NCBI GenBank assembly: GCA_910592345.1
Contig: CAJVPI010000064.1
Coordinates: forward strand, 1 to 62,646
Direction of reading: 5' to 3'
Source of the DNA: Paraglomus brasilianum
Lineage: Eukaryota
DNA: 62,646 nt
Shown here: in pieces, positions 11,913 to 26,290 of the stretch
Layout of the letters: each line of letters opens with the position of its first letter
Position numbering within the stretch: the stretch's first letter is position 1
The notes under the pieces: generated by a model
Seen by the model: the letters and a program-made list of their open reading frames with translations, nothing else
The model's database searches: none
Told to the model about the DNA's origin: nothing
Position numbers and translations under genes: made by a program

Positions 11913-14900
11913 CCCCTACCAACCTCTCAAATGGGACTACCAATAAACATATTGGTTTAGTACCATTTAAATCCCCGAATAAGAAGTTTGAGTACTTGTA
12001 CTCCCCGAGTCATTTATAAAAATGTATAAACATGGCTATAGGCTAAACTGAAAACATTATGCAATGTACCTACGTTTCTCCATTTATACATATATGTCTT
12101 ATTATTATGTATGCTCTAATCATTTTAATCCACGTTGTCTAAATGACAGCCCAGTTGATGCATAGCTAGACCCTTTTCATACTATGGTAACACGAAGTAA
12201 CCGACACAAGCATGAGGCATAAAATATGGAACAGAAGGGTGAAAACGTATGTGTGGAAATGTAATAACAATAATATAATAATAAAACAATCGAACGTTGT
12301 CTTTGTACGAAATGTAAGGGGATTCCTTGATTGATTGAAGAAGGGGAGGAGGGGAAGGAGGATGTTTGAAAAGACAAAGATGATAGGACGGGACGTATTA
12401 ATAGTAATAGGCCGTTATTCCATCAGCTGCCTGACAGTGGAATCGTTATCTTCAAATCTTTATATCCATCTTGTTACAAGTAATAAACTTGTTTTATAAT
12501 CTTCTGCAGAAATGATAGACGTTGTACATATGCGATGACCGTCTATGAGGAATGGGAAATGTCGAAATCACGCTGAAATCACAGATCGCCTCTCTTATCC
12601 TACCTGCATATTCAAACGAGGCTGAGATAACAGGAAGCAGCAGTTTATACATGAGAGATATATCAGATGGTAGAGATTGGCGGAATTCCACGAGAGAATA
12701 ACAGTAATATATACTGTATAATGTATGTGTAATAGTTAATAAATGTGATACATATTGTTAATAATTCATTTAACAATAATTATTAATTATGGTTTTTTAT
12801 TATTATTATGGTATCGGTATATTTTAATTGTCATTGTTACCATCATCATTGTTATCGCAATTACCCAATCCTATCGAGCCTATCAAATTCTATCGAAATA
12901 ATCGTATCGCTATATCATCATCATCATCATCATCACCCATTATCCATCATCATCATCATCATCATCATCGCCAGCCATCGTTGATCTAAACCCTTTTCAC
13001 TCTACTTACTGTTTTATTTATACAGTTTTACGCTATTTGCTGCTGTTTGCTGCTATTTGCTGCTATTTGCTGCAGGCAGGCAAGCTTGTCACAAGCCATG
13101 TCTGATACGCAAATCCCTTAATGCCGTGGTGGTAATTTACAGAGCACGTTGAGTAATAATCAGAGAACCCTGCATCTCTGACTCTTCATTCCTCCCTGAA
13201 CAGGCAATCTGCTAGTTACTCTGTCTCTTACAAAACAGTTCCCTATTACCAAAACAAGCCATCTTCCCTTTAAAATTACTACAGTCCATCTCTTCGTAAG
13301 CACCTCCCCCGACCGTCAGGGTGACTACTTTGAATGGAAGTATATAAAATATGCATGCTGTATATATATTCGCTATCATATGTCATATCTTCGTTATCAG
13401 TACCCATCACTCTATGGACGTGATAATTGTGGACTAGTGTGAACGGAATTACGTAAGGCAATGTAACCAATAAAATGGCAACTATTGGCAATTAACTTGT
13501 GACGATACAGGGATCGGCTTGCTGGAAGAGTGTGAAGATTAGTTTAGGATAAGCAAGGAAAGGAATACAAAGCATACAAAGCATACAAACGACTAATATA
13601 GCGACGGCAATCTGCTGCGCTCACATATGGCACATCATTTACCATAAATTGCTCATACAACGCACCTCGTAAGGTCAAATGAAAGGTTCGTTAGTAAAAT
13701 CATCGGCAAATCGTCACCAAATGTCCATAAAAGTGAAATACCCAACCCCCCCACACACGATAGGTGTTTCCGGATAACGATTATTGATAGTCCCCGATGC
13801 AACCCTTTGAAGTTCATATGCTATCTTTGCTCATAGTACAATGTCTGGTGCATGACCTATTGTTCTTGAATACATGCTGCTGTGTATGAGAACACTGCCG
13901 TAAAATTTAATTTATTTTAATAATCATTAGACGAGAGGGCTTAGATATGTGATAGTGATATGAACAAAGCAGAAAGAAAGAAGAAGAAGAAGAAAAAAAA
14001 AAAAGACATACATAGCATATGTGATTATATAAAAAATGCACTATAGCAATACTGTATATGTATTAGCAACTTGTAACATCCGCAAGAGCCAAGACAACTC
14101 ATTTCTATTGCATACGGTGCGTTGTTGAGGATTCATTTTGTTGATTAGCGCACCCTTCTCCCTTGTTTTCCTTGTCCGCCATATTCGTCTCTCTCTCTCA
14201 CTCACTCTCTCTCTCTCATTCTCTATTTCAGTGTATGTAATCACGTGTATTCATCTCGTGACCATAAAAATCCCGGTGGTAATGAGCAAAATGAGCAAAA
14301 TGTCAAAAACTAAGTATTGATCGTGGCACAAATATTGCCGAAAATAGTAAAATACAAAGTTCCATTACAAATTCAATGAATGCTTATTTTATTATAATTA
14401 TTGGAGAATTACCAAATGCAATTTCATACAATATCCGAATTATGTTGTGCTGTGACTGGAATTTCGTTTTCATCAGCGTCACGCAAAACGTTTTGCTGCA
14501 CGTTTTATACACGTACATGCAAACCCTACGTTTATTGGTGATAATAATAGTAAAACCAGCATATGTCTTATGCAAAGGATATTTAGATCGGCAAAGCCAT
14601 CTTCCGAAAGAAACGGTACAAAGAGCGCCAATATACATGTATTTTTGGCCGACTCTTAAATGTCATGCACTCTCTTCCTTCTCTCTTGGTCCTTATCGTG
14701 CTTTGGAGTTCAATCCGTTCAGCCTGAAAACCCGCCAAACGGACATCACCAGATCGTCTCACATTCCATAGATGGCGTCCAATTAGATAACATAGAATCC
14801 GACCATCTGACCCATCACAGCATAAAAAGTGCCAGCGATCAAGAGCTCTGTGCAGTTGGGGTATATAGGAGATAGGAGATAGGAGAGGGGATGAGGGGCT

Positions 14901-16053
14901 TGAGCATATGATAATGAAAATCGGGTAATTAATTGAGGGGGGTGTGAGAGAGAGTAATGGTTTATTAATAATTCGAGTATTAAATATAGCAATAACATTG
15001 TATAAGTAGCAGCTATGTCATAAAGTTCCTTATTCTTTTTATCCTGACGAACAACCACTCTGTTAATTGGCTGTTGCGTCTTCATCATCGGAACCGCATA
15101 CCGTAGATCTAAACTTGTATGTATAGAATGAGGTCATCTATAAACTATTACTCGCCAATCCATTCATAGTCCGCATGCTATCGTTTATTAAAGCGCCCAT
15201 GAAATCTCACACGCCACGCGACAGTAACGCTGAGCACAAATAACGACTGCATTTGTATATTTCCCCTTTTTTCATAACCAGAAAAAGAAAGAAAGACTAG
15301 TAAATACTTACAGATAATGAATAAATGTATGTATATGCTAAAATATTATGTATATGCACACAAGTACTGCCAAATTTATAACGCTAGGGTGACGTATGTT
15401 GGTGTAGCCTAGTATACTGGTGTAGCCATCACCATCCATCCGTGCTTACTTTTATAATATTTCCGAAGGTAATGTCCAAACATTATTTATTATCCGGATT
15501 CAATTGGCCGGCCGACAAGAGAGAAGAATAGCTCATGTAACTTACATTGTTGTATGCAACAACACAAATATTAAATTTGACAGGTGTGCAACCAAATAAG
15601 GTTAAGATGGATACCAAAATAATAACGATTATTATATATAATGAATAAATTATGCCGATGATGATTGGAGGGCGTTGTTATAATGGACCAAGACTTTTCT
15701 TTTTTATCTCTCTCTTTCCCCCCGACTTTCACTCTTGTGCGTATGTTGGATTAGAAAGGAAAGTTGTGAAAGGGGCCCAAACACATTGACTAAAAGGAAA
15801 AGGAAAAAAGAAAAAGGGATGATCTATGAATAGACTTGGGAAAGCAAGAAAAGGAAAATCGAGTGGCGATAACAACTAAATAGCGGCAGTAAACAATCGC
15901 TATCAATTGGCGCCATGGCCAGATGTTGATTATCAAAACTGTAAAGTTCGGGTATCGTTTGCAAAGGTTCATTTACGCAGTCGAACTTTCGAAACAATAA
16001 CAAAACGACAATAGCGACAACAATAAGTCCTACTTTGATAATAAGACGGCTGC

Positions 16054-16217
16054 AATAATAATGATAAGAATAACAACATAATAATAATAATAACAACAAC
16101 AACATAATAATAATAGTAATAATAATAATGATGATAACAACATCAACAAAATAATAATAACAACATCAACGACATCAACGACATCAACGACATCAACGAC
16201 ATCAACATCAACAACAA
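16054..16217. repeat. AAT/AAC microsatellite plus 9-bp CATCAACGA repeats
   Basis: Direct inspection. Confidence 0.85.
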
Positions 16218-19200
16218 ATGACAATGGCCGAATATAAAACCTTCATCGACAAAGTTAAGGGCACGACTGCGGGCGTTGCCATCATACATGACAGCATGCA
16301 GTTAATTTACTCCTCAATACCTTATGTATCGAATCGCAATAGTCCCGATGTTCGTTCATTGCCGATAAAAAACTTGAGGTTCGGCAAAAATATTAAGAAC
16401 CAGTACTTGATATACGGGATTTTCTATACGCGTACAAACGCATTACAGGACGCAGAAAAAGATCACTTTGACCTCCCAACCCGTGCGAAAGAAAACTCTT
16501 TTACAGTGTCTCACAACATTTGTGTCTAATCTATTTGAGATTAATTTTACAAAAGAGTGTTTGTGAGTGTTTATTATTCCCCCACCTCACCTCCCTTTTC
16601 CTCTTTCCCCTTCCCCCAAATTATGCCGGTTGATTGTTTAATTAATTAATTTAATCAAATAAGACCTTCTGTTGACGTTTTTGTTATCTGACAAGTCTAT
16701 ACACATTTGTATTATTTCCATATTCATTTATATCTGTCTTCCGCATTTATTTTGTGTAATGATGTTGTCAATTCTTGATTTGTTGTCAATGTAATTGTTG
16801 ATGATTTTGTGGTTTGTTCTCACCAGTTCCTTTTTCCCTCCCTTTGCCGCCAAACCACCTTTTATTACATGTATGTGCGAGTAATGATGTAACTCTTTAC
16901 AATTTAGCCGTAAACATACGCATTCTTCACACACACACAACATTAAAACTTTGAGTAACGAGATTTTGGGGAGGGAGAGGAAAGCGGTAAACAGTATAAT
17001 TAGACAATTAATTATATACCGTATATACATCTATCTTATTATATACAACACATTTAGATACATTTACATATTATATGCACAATGGCAAATGCTTCACGCA
17101 GCCCCTTTGCACGCCCTGCACGTTCTGCGCCCTCCGTAGTTTCCGCGCCTTTTGCATTATTTGGTAATGTATAGACGGATAAATGGTATCTAATCACTGT
17201 TTGTTATAAAGTTCCCGTCAAAATGTCAAAATATCTATTCTACTAATTATAGACAATGCCATGACCGTTCCGTGCAGCAAAGGATGTGCGCCATAATAAT
17301 AATTATGCGCCATAAACCCGATATGCTTTATTTGTTTGTTTACCAGGGAAATCATTTAGTTTATTGGTTGAACATGGTCGAGCAGTTGGGGGGAGGAAAA
17401 AAGATAGATGGATCGGGGTGGAGATGGCGGGGATGGTGGAGATGGTGGAGATGGTGGGGATGGTGGGGAGATGGGGAATAGGGAGTCAAGGAGCAGGCAA
17501 TAAAAAAGAAATAAATAAATCAAAAAAAAAAAAATAATAATAAAAATTTTTTTCGAGGGCTGCAGGGAAAGAAAAGGTAGGGAAAATTTTAGCGGCGAGT
17601 AAGATGCAGGGTATATTACATCATGGCCAATGAGAACAGATGACCTCGTAAGGTTTGTTCGTAAGATGTATTACTTAATGCATTTGTCTTTGATTGGTTA
17701 AGAGTTTATTTTGTTGGCGGGCAAGTAGTTTTTCTCTTATTCTGCCATAGTAATAGACATGTCAAGATGTCAAATAGAGAATTATTAATAAACAACATAG
17801 CATTCATGTTGTATACCAAATATTATATCAAACCGGAATTAGGTTTGACTGGCGAAAATGCTAGATATGCATCAATTGGTCATGTATTGCCTTTCTAGAT
17901 TGATCGACATAGGGGAGGGAAAAAAGATAGTTTGACAATTGATAACAGATATACTGTATACATATGTACCGCGTTAATTTAATTACATGTTCGCTGTACG
18001 GCATACGGTGTTCAATATAACTTTATGCCCCCCGCCATCCCTCTCAGTCATTTCCATACTTGTCTGTATGCTCCCTTTTGACAGCTGCTTACACAATTTT
18101 TAGGGCTGAGATGCGTATTAGTTGATTGTTTGGGGTACACAAACTTAATAGCAAAAAGTAAGGGAGGGAGGGAGGGGAGGAAAAAGAAAACTTTAAAAAA
18201 TTTGACAGATTGATTGACGAATGAGAAAAAAAAAAAGAGTCTTTGGGGGGGGGGGAAAGAGTGGGGGAGGGAGGGAGGGGGACATTAAAGTTTAAGTTAT
18301 TGTTAAGACAATTAAATATATTTTAATTGATGTATAGCCTAGCCTATGTGTCAATCAAACCATATGTGTCAATCAAACCATATGTGTCAATTCCTATATA
18401 GTACTCATTGGACTCCCCTTTATTCCATCAGTTATCTTTCTGTTGTGTCATGAGACCAGATAATGCGTTGTCGTAATGATCGTGTAATCGTGTACAGAGA
18501 TGTCAATACAGTATCTACCGTCAAAGATAACAAAAATCAATTTCACACGCTGATACCATTGAATGACATGGCAGAGCCACAGTCGTACACGAATACATTG
18601 GGGTCACGAGAATGGTAAATTGTGTGAACTTTGGGGCATATTAAGATTGTTCTCGTTGGTTGGCGTAACAAAGGTTTACTATTACAGCATGTCGAAAGTT
18701 TGATGGGTTACCTCATGTTGTATAGTCTATCTTGCCGTGTTCAGTCTGGTTACTATTTTTGTGCATTTATTGATTGTACCGTATAAGATTTGCGCGACAT
18801 TAAGACCAATTGGACAATCCCGAGATTGATTCTTTTTTGGCGGGAAATCACAAATGATAATAATCCATCCCTCAGCCAATCAATCAATCAATCGACTTTT
18901 TGACAGGTGTGTGTGTGTTGTTATTTTTATTATCGTATGTATGTCATGTATGTCATGTATGTCATAGTCATGTATGTCATGTCATGTATGTCATAGTCAT
19001 GGATCCATCTTGTGTGTGAACTGGTTGTTGATCCCACAAACCGAGGGGCGATCAGGTGATATAGTAACTCAATTACTTTCACGTGACTTGAGCATAATGT
19101 TATTCGTTTTCTTTATTTATTATTATTGCCCCCCCTTGATATCGCTTACACCAATTGGCAGCGAACAAGTTATTTGGATTTACGCATTGTGGCTCCAAGA

Positions 19201-20112
19201 GAGGAAAAGACCGTGACAAATCCAACCAGACTGATGATCGCAATAATTGTATTCGTTGCATCTATTTCAATACAGAAAACAAAAATGTATCCAATTTAAA
19301 ACGGTTGCGCGTAAAATGATTGATAATCAACATATTAATGCTAATAATGATAATAACATGCATTGATGCATTCGCATTAGTGTGTCAAATTGTGTCAAAT
19401 GTATTATTTGTACCAAACAATGACATACGGTAGTCATAAGCAATATTGATATGGCTATTCATTTTGTAACTAGGATCCTTGATTGGGGTGATATACAGTA
19501 CGTCATGTGTATATATTGTATATACTGTATAGATGTATTCTATTGTGATGATGTGGTTATATCACATTAAAATACTATAATATATGCACATTGATTAGAT
19601 TTCTTTGTTTCATTCTAACATGTGCATTTTACTGAAATAGTCTACATCAGAATCACATTTGGGACAACAATATCACTACTGATAACAATACTTTTTTTGG
19701 ATAAATCTCATGCTTTTGATTGTGATAATGATTATTTGTTATCGTGATGATAAATAATTATTGTTGTTATTATTATTATTACATTATTATTATTACATTA
19801 CTATTATTGTATTGCTATTATTATATTATTATTATTGCTTGCTTTCTTGTTCGCTTATTGTTCTTCACGTACCCCCTTTTCCACCTTCTCCCCTCATGGG
19901 CAATTAAAATTTCCATGTGTTCGCGTGGGAAGCAGGCTTTGGGACAGGAGCGGGATATTAATATGGGGTGTGTTTGACAAAGTGGGATGCATGCCCAATG
20001 GTTTATGTGATTTGAGACTTGGTTTCATTACACAAGGAAATACGAATTGTTTGAAAGATCGATCACGCACAACCAGTTCTTTCCTAGAAGGTGTACCTGC
20101 CTAATACTAACT

Positions 20113-20188
20113 ACCTGCCCCACTTGCACATACCTACCCCACTTGCACATACCTACCCCACTTGCACATACCTACCCCACTTGCACGC
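20113..20188. repeat. 19-bp tandem repeat (CCTACCCCACTTGCACATA) x4
   Basis: Direct inspection. Confidence 0.85.
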
Positions 20189-21932
20189 ACCATTGACCAT
20201 GCCTTATCCAATGCTCATTTAATACTTGTGATCTCGTATGCTAACCAAATAGACACTCCAATCAACGTTTTCAACGTTTGTAAACTTCTCGATATCTGAC
20301 TTTATTGACAATGGGCAACAAATATGCCGATGACCAACCTCGAGTTAATCAGTCATCGGCTTACTTAATAACTCGTTTTCATCTTACCTAATACGTTTCT
20401 TCCTCATTTGCTAATTACTGTATGTGTCTCCGCGGGTTTAGGCGGGAGATTTGCAAATTTCGAATAAGGGGTATGCCATATTAAGGAGAATGCTAAGAGT
20501 CTGTCCCACATTCCTTGATTACAGTAACATAACATAACGGTAATAATAATGGCCCAATATGTATAAAAAATCATTACAAAGTATATCACAATTACAAAAG
20601 TATATTACATGTATATTACAAAGAGACTGTGGTTTAGTATGGGCAGTAAACACTGCAATTGCTGTAATCACTGTAATCACTGTAATTCTGTAATTGCTGT
20701 AATTCTGTAATTGCTGTAATTCTGTAATTGCTGTAATTGCTGCAATCACTTCACCATAGTCCACTGTAATTACTACGAATGTATCATCAGTGTCTTTATT
20801 ACCTGTTTTAGTTGTTTGACTTTGACTTTGACATTGACATTGACACTAACGTATGCATCAACTTTACCTTTCATAACGTTGCAAACTTACCCACCATTAA
20901 TCGACATCTTACATTGCATATATTTGATTATTACCAAACATCAACCGCCGTCATAAACTGATCACTTGCATCCGGATCATCAATCAACTTATTGCGATAG
21001 ACATTGATATCTGACTATTAATTATTATGCATTCCTTAACAAGTACTAATCTCGTATCGAGTTTGTTGTCACCCAATCATTTTTGTCTACTTGTTTTTCT
21101 CCGTTATTATTATCATTATCATTATCATTTTTGTCTCTGATATTGTATTATTTGTCCCAGGAGTATGCTTTCCGGTCCTTGTTCCACAGTCGATTGATTG
21201 GATTTCACTTTCCGGTATCATTAGCCATGTATACCAAGCTGGAAACTAGCTCTCTTTGTTAGAACGTCATTCTTCCAAATGACTCGTTCTCTCCCTATCT
21301 CTCTCCCATCAACCGAAACAAAGCAATCAAACACAACAAGGTTTAGAATGTAACTTAATTATTTCTTAAAGAGGGGAGAAGGGGCTGTGTTGTTTGACAG
21401 GTGGATATATTTAGATTTAAGGTTGAGTGTTTCAGCGAAGGCGTGTCAAAAGTGGTCAAGAATGTGTACGAAAAAAGAACGTTCCAATGAGAGGGCTACT
21501 TGGCAGAGCATAATGGAAGACTGATTGACAAGAATGGAACATTTGACAAGCTGATTATGGGCCGAGACATCTCGAAACCAGTTTATGTGGGAACTGTGTT
21601 CTTTACAATGTTGCACGTACGTACCTGTTACATCATTAGCAAAACTGTACCATCATCAACAAGAACCGTATCAAAGCTATGCCATCTTCAGGGGAGAAGG
21701 GGGAGAAAAATTGTCGATTAATCAACCATTTTACATCATGATATATCCCTGCCCCCCCCCCCCCCTTCCCCAGTTGACTATATGTACATATTAGTATCAA
21801 ATCTGTATCATATGCCAATCATGCGTTTATCAAACATTTCCGTTATGTCTTCGAATTCATCTGATCTTCGCATGGAATGATTGATTTGCCTGGAGAACGG
21901 GTAAACATAATAACAATGCCGATAAATGCTTG

Positions 21933-21940
21933 TCACGTGA
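21933..21940. promoter_or_regulatory. TCACGTGA E-box (bHLH site) upstream of DPB4
   Basis: 58 bp before the ATG; the same motif sits at a similar offset before several other genes. Confidence 0.5.
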
Positions 21941-21997
21941 ATAAACATTCTTGACCCAATTTTCTAATACACGTAGACGCGTCAGTTTACAATTATA

Positions 21998-22647
21998 ATG
22001 GTTGGAATAGACGAGTTAGACCTTCCAGCAGCCTCAATAACCAAAGTAGCCAAAAAGGCTGTAAGTTGACTAACTAATTGACGCAACTCATTCGACGCAT
22101 CTTGTCTTTGCAATGCAAACACCCATCCCACATTACTCCACATTCAACCCACCATTACAATTCTAGCTCGACAACAATGCATTATTCCAAAAAGACGCGC
22201 GTATGGCAGTAACAAAGTGCACCACTGTCTTTATAAGCTTTCTGACTAACTAGTAAGTCCCTCGTACAAGAGAGATGACTTTGGTTTACTGTTCGGATAA
22301 CAATAACGTGACTTTACATCCAGCTCGAACGAGTCAGCCAGAGCCAGAGGGAAAAAGACTATTATCGCTGACGATGTAATTAAAGGAATACAAGAACTTG
22401 GATTTGAGGAATTTATTCCAAGAATGAAGGATATGGTTGCTGGAAAACGAAAAAAGACACGTGACGATTACGATGATTTGGTAAATGAACGGAATTATTG
22501 CTTATATTCGTTTTTCATCCTCTACTCACTAATACCTATCACTCTTCATCATTATTGTCATCTTCTTCATCACTACCATCATCACCGTCACCATCATCAC
22601 TACCATCACTACCATCATCACCATCATCACTATTACCATTGCCATCT

Positions 22648-22688
<41 letters not shown>

Positions 22689-22813
22689 CTCGTTTTCCCA
22701 TCCTTCATGATTTATATTTCTCACTAGCAAGTCATCGTCATCAGCTAGAAAATAATATGTACATATTAAGGTCGCGGTTGAATAAGAGTATTTCTGTGGC
22801 TACACGTAGGTAA
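21998..22813 (+). CDS. DPB4: DNA polymerase epsilon/CHRAC histone-fold subunit (Dpb4/POLE3); 3' end uncertain
   Basis: Exons 21998-22060, 22167-22252 and 22324 onward give MVGIDELDLPAASITKVAKKALDNNALFQKDARMAVTKCTTVFISFLTNYSNESARARGKKTIIADDVIKGIQELGFEEFIP, a CBFD_NFYB_HMF fold typical of Dpb4. Confidence 0.85.
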
Positions 22814-24225
22814 TAAAAGTGACAATCACAAACTACACACCATTCGCCTGTCTTTGAACTTGTTCCTGCTCAATCTTATCAAGCCATTCATTTTGTACTT
22901 TGACAACTTCTGTTGAATCCTTGCATCCAGAATATAGTCTAAGGAGTTCTCTAACAAATGTTTACAACATCGACATATAGAACGGTCAGAGTAGCTACAA
23001 CAACCGATTCACATGATCTGTTCGGTTTACATACCCATTGACTTTGGCGAATGCGTGGCCCCATTTGAATTTGCCTAGGACTTCTTCTGCATACTCAGGA
23101 AAGCCTGTTCAAATATCGGTATCAGCAATTGGTGTCAGTAATCGGAGCTCGATATTTAATTCTCAAGAATTTGCTTATCAAGATTGACCTAAATCTGTTG
23201 ATGACCTGTAATATAGAAACAAGCAGCAAAGGCTTCAGCGCAATTCAGTTTCCAAGGTCGGCCATAATTTACTGGATTAGTGGCAACTAAATATGGCACT
23301 ATATAGAACGTTGTAAATCAATTTCCGAATGGCAGATCCAATGCGTCGTCCAAGGTTCCTTGTAATCGTTCTTATGATATCATACCTATAGACTATCGAT
23401 TATTTGACTTTGAAATACATACGCAATCGATCATGAGATGTCTTCAACTTTTTAAACGGGACATCTTCCAACCGAGCCCATGAACAATCGACAACGGCTA
23501 ATCCATGTTCGGCTACTATCGATCGGTCGGCTGGCGAGACTGCCTGAGTACCATTTGGACTAATTACAGAGTAGGCGTGATCGAACTTGAGTATAGGATA
23601 ATTATACAACACGTATGGTCCATAACAAATTCATTAGGCCTTTCAATCGTACCTTACCTTAACACTATTCCTCTGAATCTGTGTGTAGTCCTAATGATGT
23701 TAACTACTCTCAGCCTAGCAAGTTTCTTACCCGAACATCGTTTGGGATCACAATGATCAAAGTCCTTAATAAAATATGTGTATGAAACAAAGTTAAAAAT
23801 ACATAGCGAGAGCATCGTAACCCCACCCCCCCTTCCCAAGTAAAGCAAAGCTTTTTATAATCATTGCCGGCGAATTAGATTAGCTGATGAGTTTGTTGCA
23901 TTTACCCACATCGCCAATGGCATCGGAATACTAGTCGAACGTTGTTCATTATCTTTAATGAAAAAAGTTTGGTTACGGTACATCTGAGCGAAAAATCATT
24001 CGACTTGAATATGATATGAACCTTCTTTGGCTGAATTTGACAATGAATCTGATCTGTTGATGCAGACGTCAATAAGATATAAAAGTACAACCCGGATACT
24101 GCTGCCAATCTATTGTCAAATCAATGGTGTGACCTCATAGCTGGCTCGCTTCGCTTATTGTCATTGCCATAGTGGCGGACAAATCTACTACGATGTCGTG
24201 ACGAATTTGGTTTCTTTTTTCCCAT
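22539..24225 (-). CDS. TSR3: 18S rRNA aminocarboxypropyltransferase
   Basis: Multi-exon gene with MGKKK start, [63 protein letters not shown] and an acidic D/E tail ending at TGA 22539. Confidence 0.93.
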
Positions 24226-24282
24226 GTCTAAAGAAACGGCATTGTTCTTCCTTCCCAGCAAAGAAAAAAATATGACATATTT

Positions 24283-24290
24283 TCACGTGA
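24283..24290. promoter_or_regulatory. TCACGTGA E-box upstream of TSR3
   Basis: 58 bp before the ATG at 24225. Confidence 0.5.
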
Positions 24291-25254
24291 TATAACAAAT
24301 GTGGATATAGACAACAAAGAAAGCTTTCAATGATTAATGCTTTAAAGAAATTAATAAAAAACACCCACTTTAATAAGACTTTTTTTCAATAATCTTGTGC
24401 TTTGGTGATTGTGCTGGCTGAACCCAGTTAGTTAATTTGATATTAATGTGAGTTTCCGTGGTCTTGAGATTCTGACTATGGCAGTGATGGGTAAGAAACG
24501 TGTCAACCCCTTCAATTGAGCTGGCGCTCGGAAAAAGTAAGTCAAGAAATACAATTTATATTAACAATACGATTGCAAATGCTTAAACAATTAACCACTT
24601 GTATGTAACGACATTACTGACACAAAAGCTCACAGGAAAGCCGATTAAAGGATGAATTTCGAAGAATCAGGATGAGAATAATAATTTGAGACTGAGCGGC
24701 CGGCCGTCAGAAAGCTACGACAGATGAATAATAATGGTGTAAATGATATTACAATTCGGCTATACTGCAATTTTGTGGTTGACTATTTATAATTTTAAAG
24801 GTGAGAATGTTACAAACATATAAATGATGCGAGTATTTGTCCGGTAGAAATGACATAATTTTCAAATGCGTCTGTCCGAGATGCCACAAACATGTAAATG
24901 ATATGAGTACTTGTTTAATAGAAATGACACTTTTCGTCAGTCCGAGATATTATTCAGTTACAGAACAAGACTATCTTATTTCATGAACCTCCACACAATG
25001 TTTTGATGAAACTCATGATGCAAAGTTTGTATTATATTAAAGCAAACGTGCTCACTTATAAATTTTCAATACGAAGATGTTGAAAGATGTATGGTTTCGT
25101 GTCTTTTATTAGACGCAACTAAAATGGACCTCTAAAGCTGCTAGTTGAAAGATGTATGTATTGTGTCTGGTTTGGGACCTGTCTCAGTCCAGAACTGACA
25201 ACATATGGATGATCTCAATCATAATCACACTGAAAAAAATTGAAATTGATGCAC

Positions 25255-25610
25255 AGGACTGGAAGTATTAGCTCTTTTTCACTATTCTTCACTATTTTTC
25301 AATATTTTTCAATATTCCGTATTCTTATTACAATGGTCTGGGGAATTAATTGAATACCCTTACAAGTTAGCTGAATATCTTCTTTATAATATTAGAAATT
25401 TTCTTATACTGAATGTCTTTTTTTTTAAAAAAAAGAAAAAAAAAGAAAAGAAAAAAAGAAGAAAGAAGAAGAAGTTATGCATGGGACTGGAGTGTGAATG
25501 AATATTAGCTCTAGGTGTTGTTGTTGTTTTCACTATTGTAATGTTCTTATTCTTATTACAATGGTCAGGGGGAATTATTTGAATACCCTTACAAGTTAGC
25601 TGAATATCTT
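25255..25610. repeat. Imperfect direct duplication (~110 bp unit)
   Basis: TATTCTTATTACAATGGTC.GGGGAATTA.TTGAATACCCTTACAAGTTAGCTGAATATCTT occurs at ~25320 and ~25548. Confidence 0.75.
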
Positions 25611-25648
25611 TAGAATGTCACTTTTTTTAAATTAAAAAAAGTTATATA

Positions 25649-26290
25649 CAGTTGATGCTGCCTATACTGAACTGGCCGGCTGGAGGATTTTAGCTCGTTA
25701 TAACCAGAGTTCGTTATAACCAGAGCTTGCTACATTGTGTCATGTGACAGCAATTTCGGTTAATACACTTTGCACAACATTTATTTAATTAAGTATATGT
25801 AACAACATTCAAGATTGAAAATAGAATAACACCTTTATCAACTGCTTGTAGACAAATTAATAAAAATACTATCAAAATAAAGCCATTCAACAATATTGTC
25901 CTGTGAAGGTCGGGTTATTTAAGCTTTTTAATCCAATCCGTCTATTATTCTGGAAGAATACCAGTTTTTAACCAACAATTTCGTATTTTTTGTGGGGAGA
26001 CATTGAACCATGCTTCTGCTGCATTATTAGTGCATCATATATCGCATAAGCAGTAAGAGTGCTTGTAATGCCATCTTTGCAAATCATCATATTATTAGAA
26101 TTTTTTTCGTTAAAGATGCTGACTTGCATCCAAGCTGTCTTATTCCAGTAGTAATACACTGGCAAGTTATTGTAATTTAGGCTTTTCATAGATCGAGGCC
26201 TATATGAATAAAACTGAGCTTTATCTTCTTCGTTCCCAGCACAGAAAAGTGTAATTCGAGATTTGTCTTTTTTGCGACCTGTACTACGTC
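25649..26290 (-). mobile_element. pogo/Tigger (DDE_1, CENP-B-like) transposase 3' remnant with one terminal repeat
   Basis: Broken frames give GRKKDKSRITLFCAGN, LPVYYYWNKTAWMQVSIF and IRNCWLKTGILPE; TA|CAGTTG terminus at 25649. Confidence 0.8.

Noticed and set aside
7502..21818. Many 60-130 aa ORFs in the ORF track
   Set aside because: Low-complexity translations of microsatellites or random AT-rich DNA, with no motifs or exon chains.
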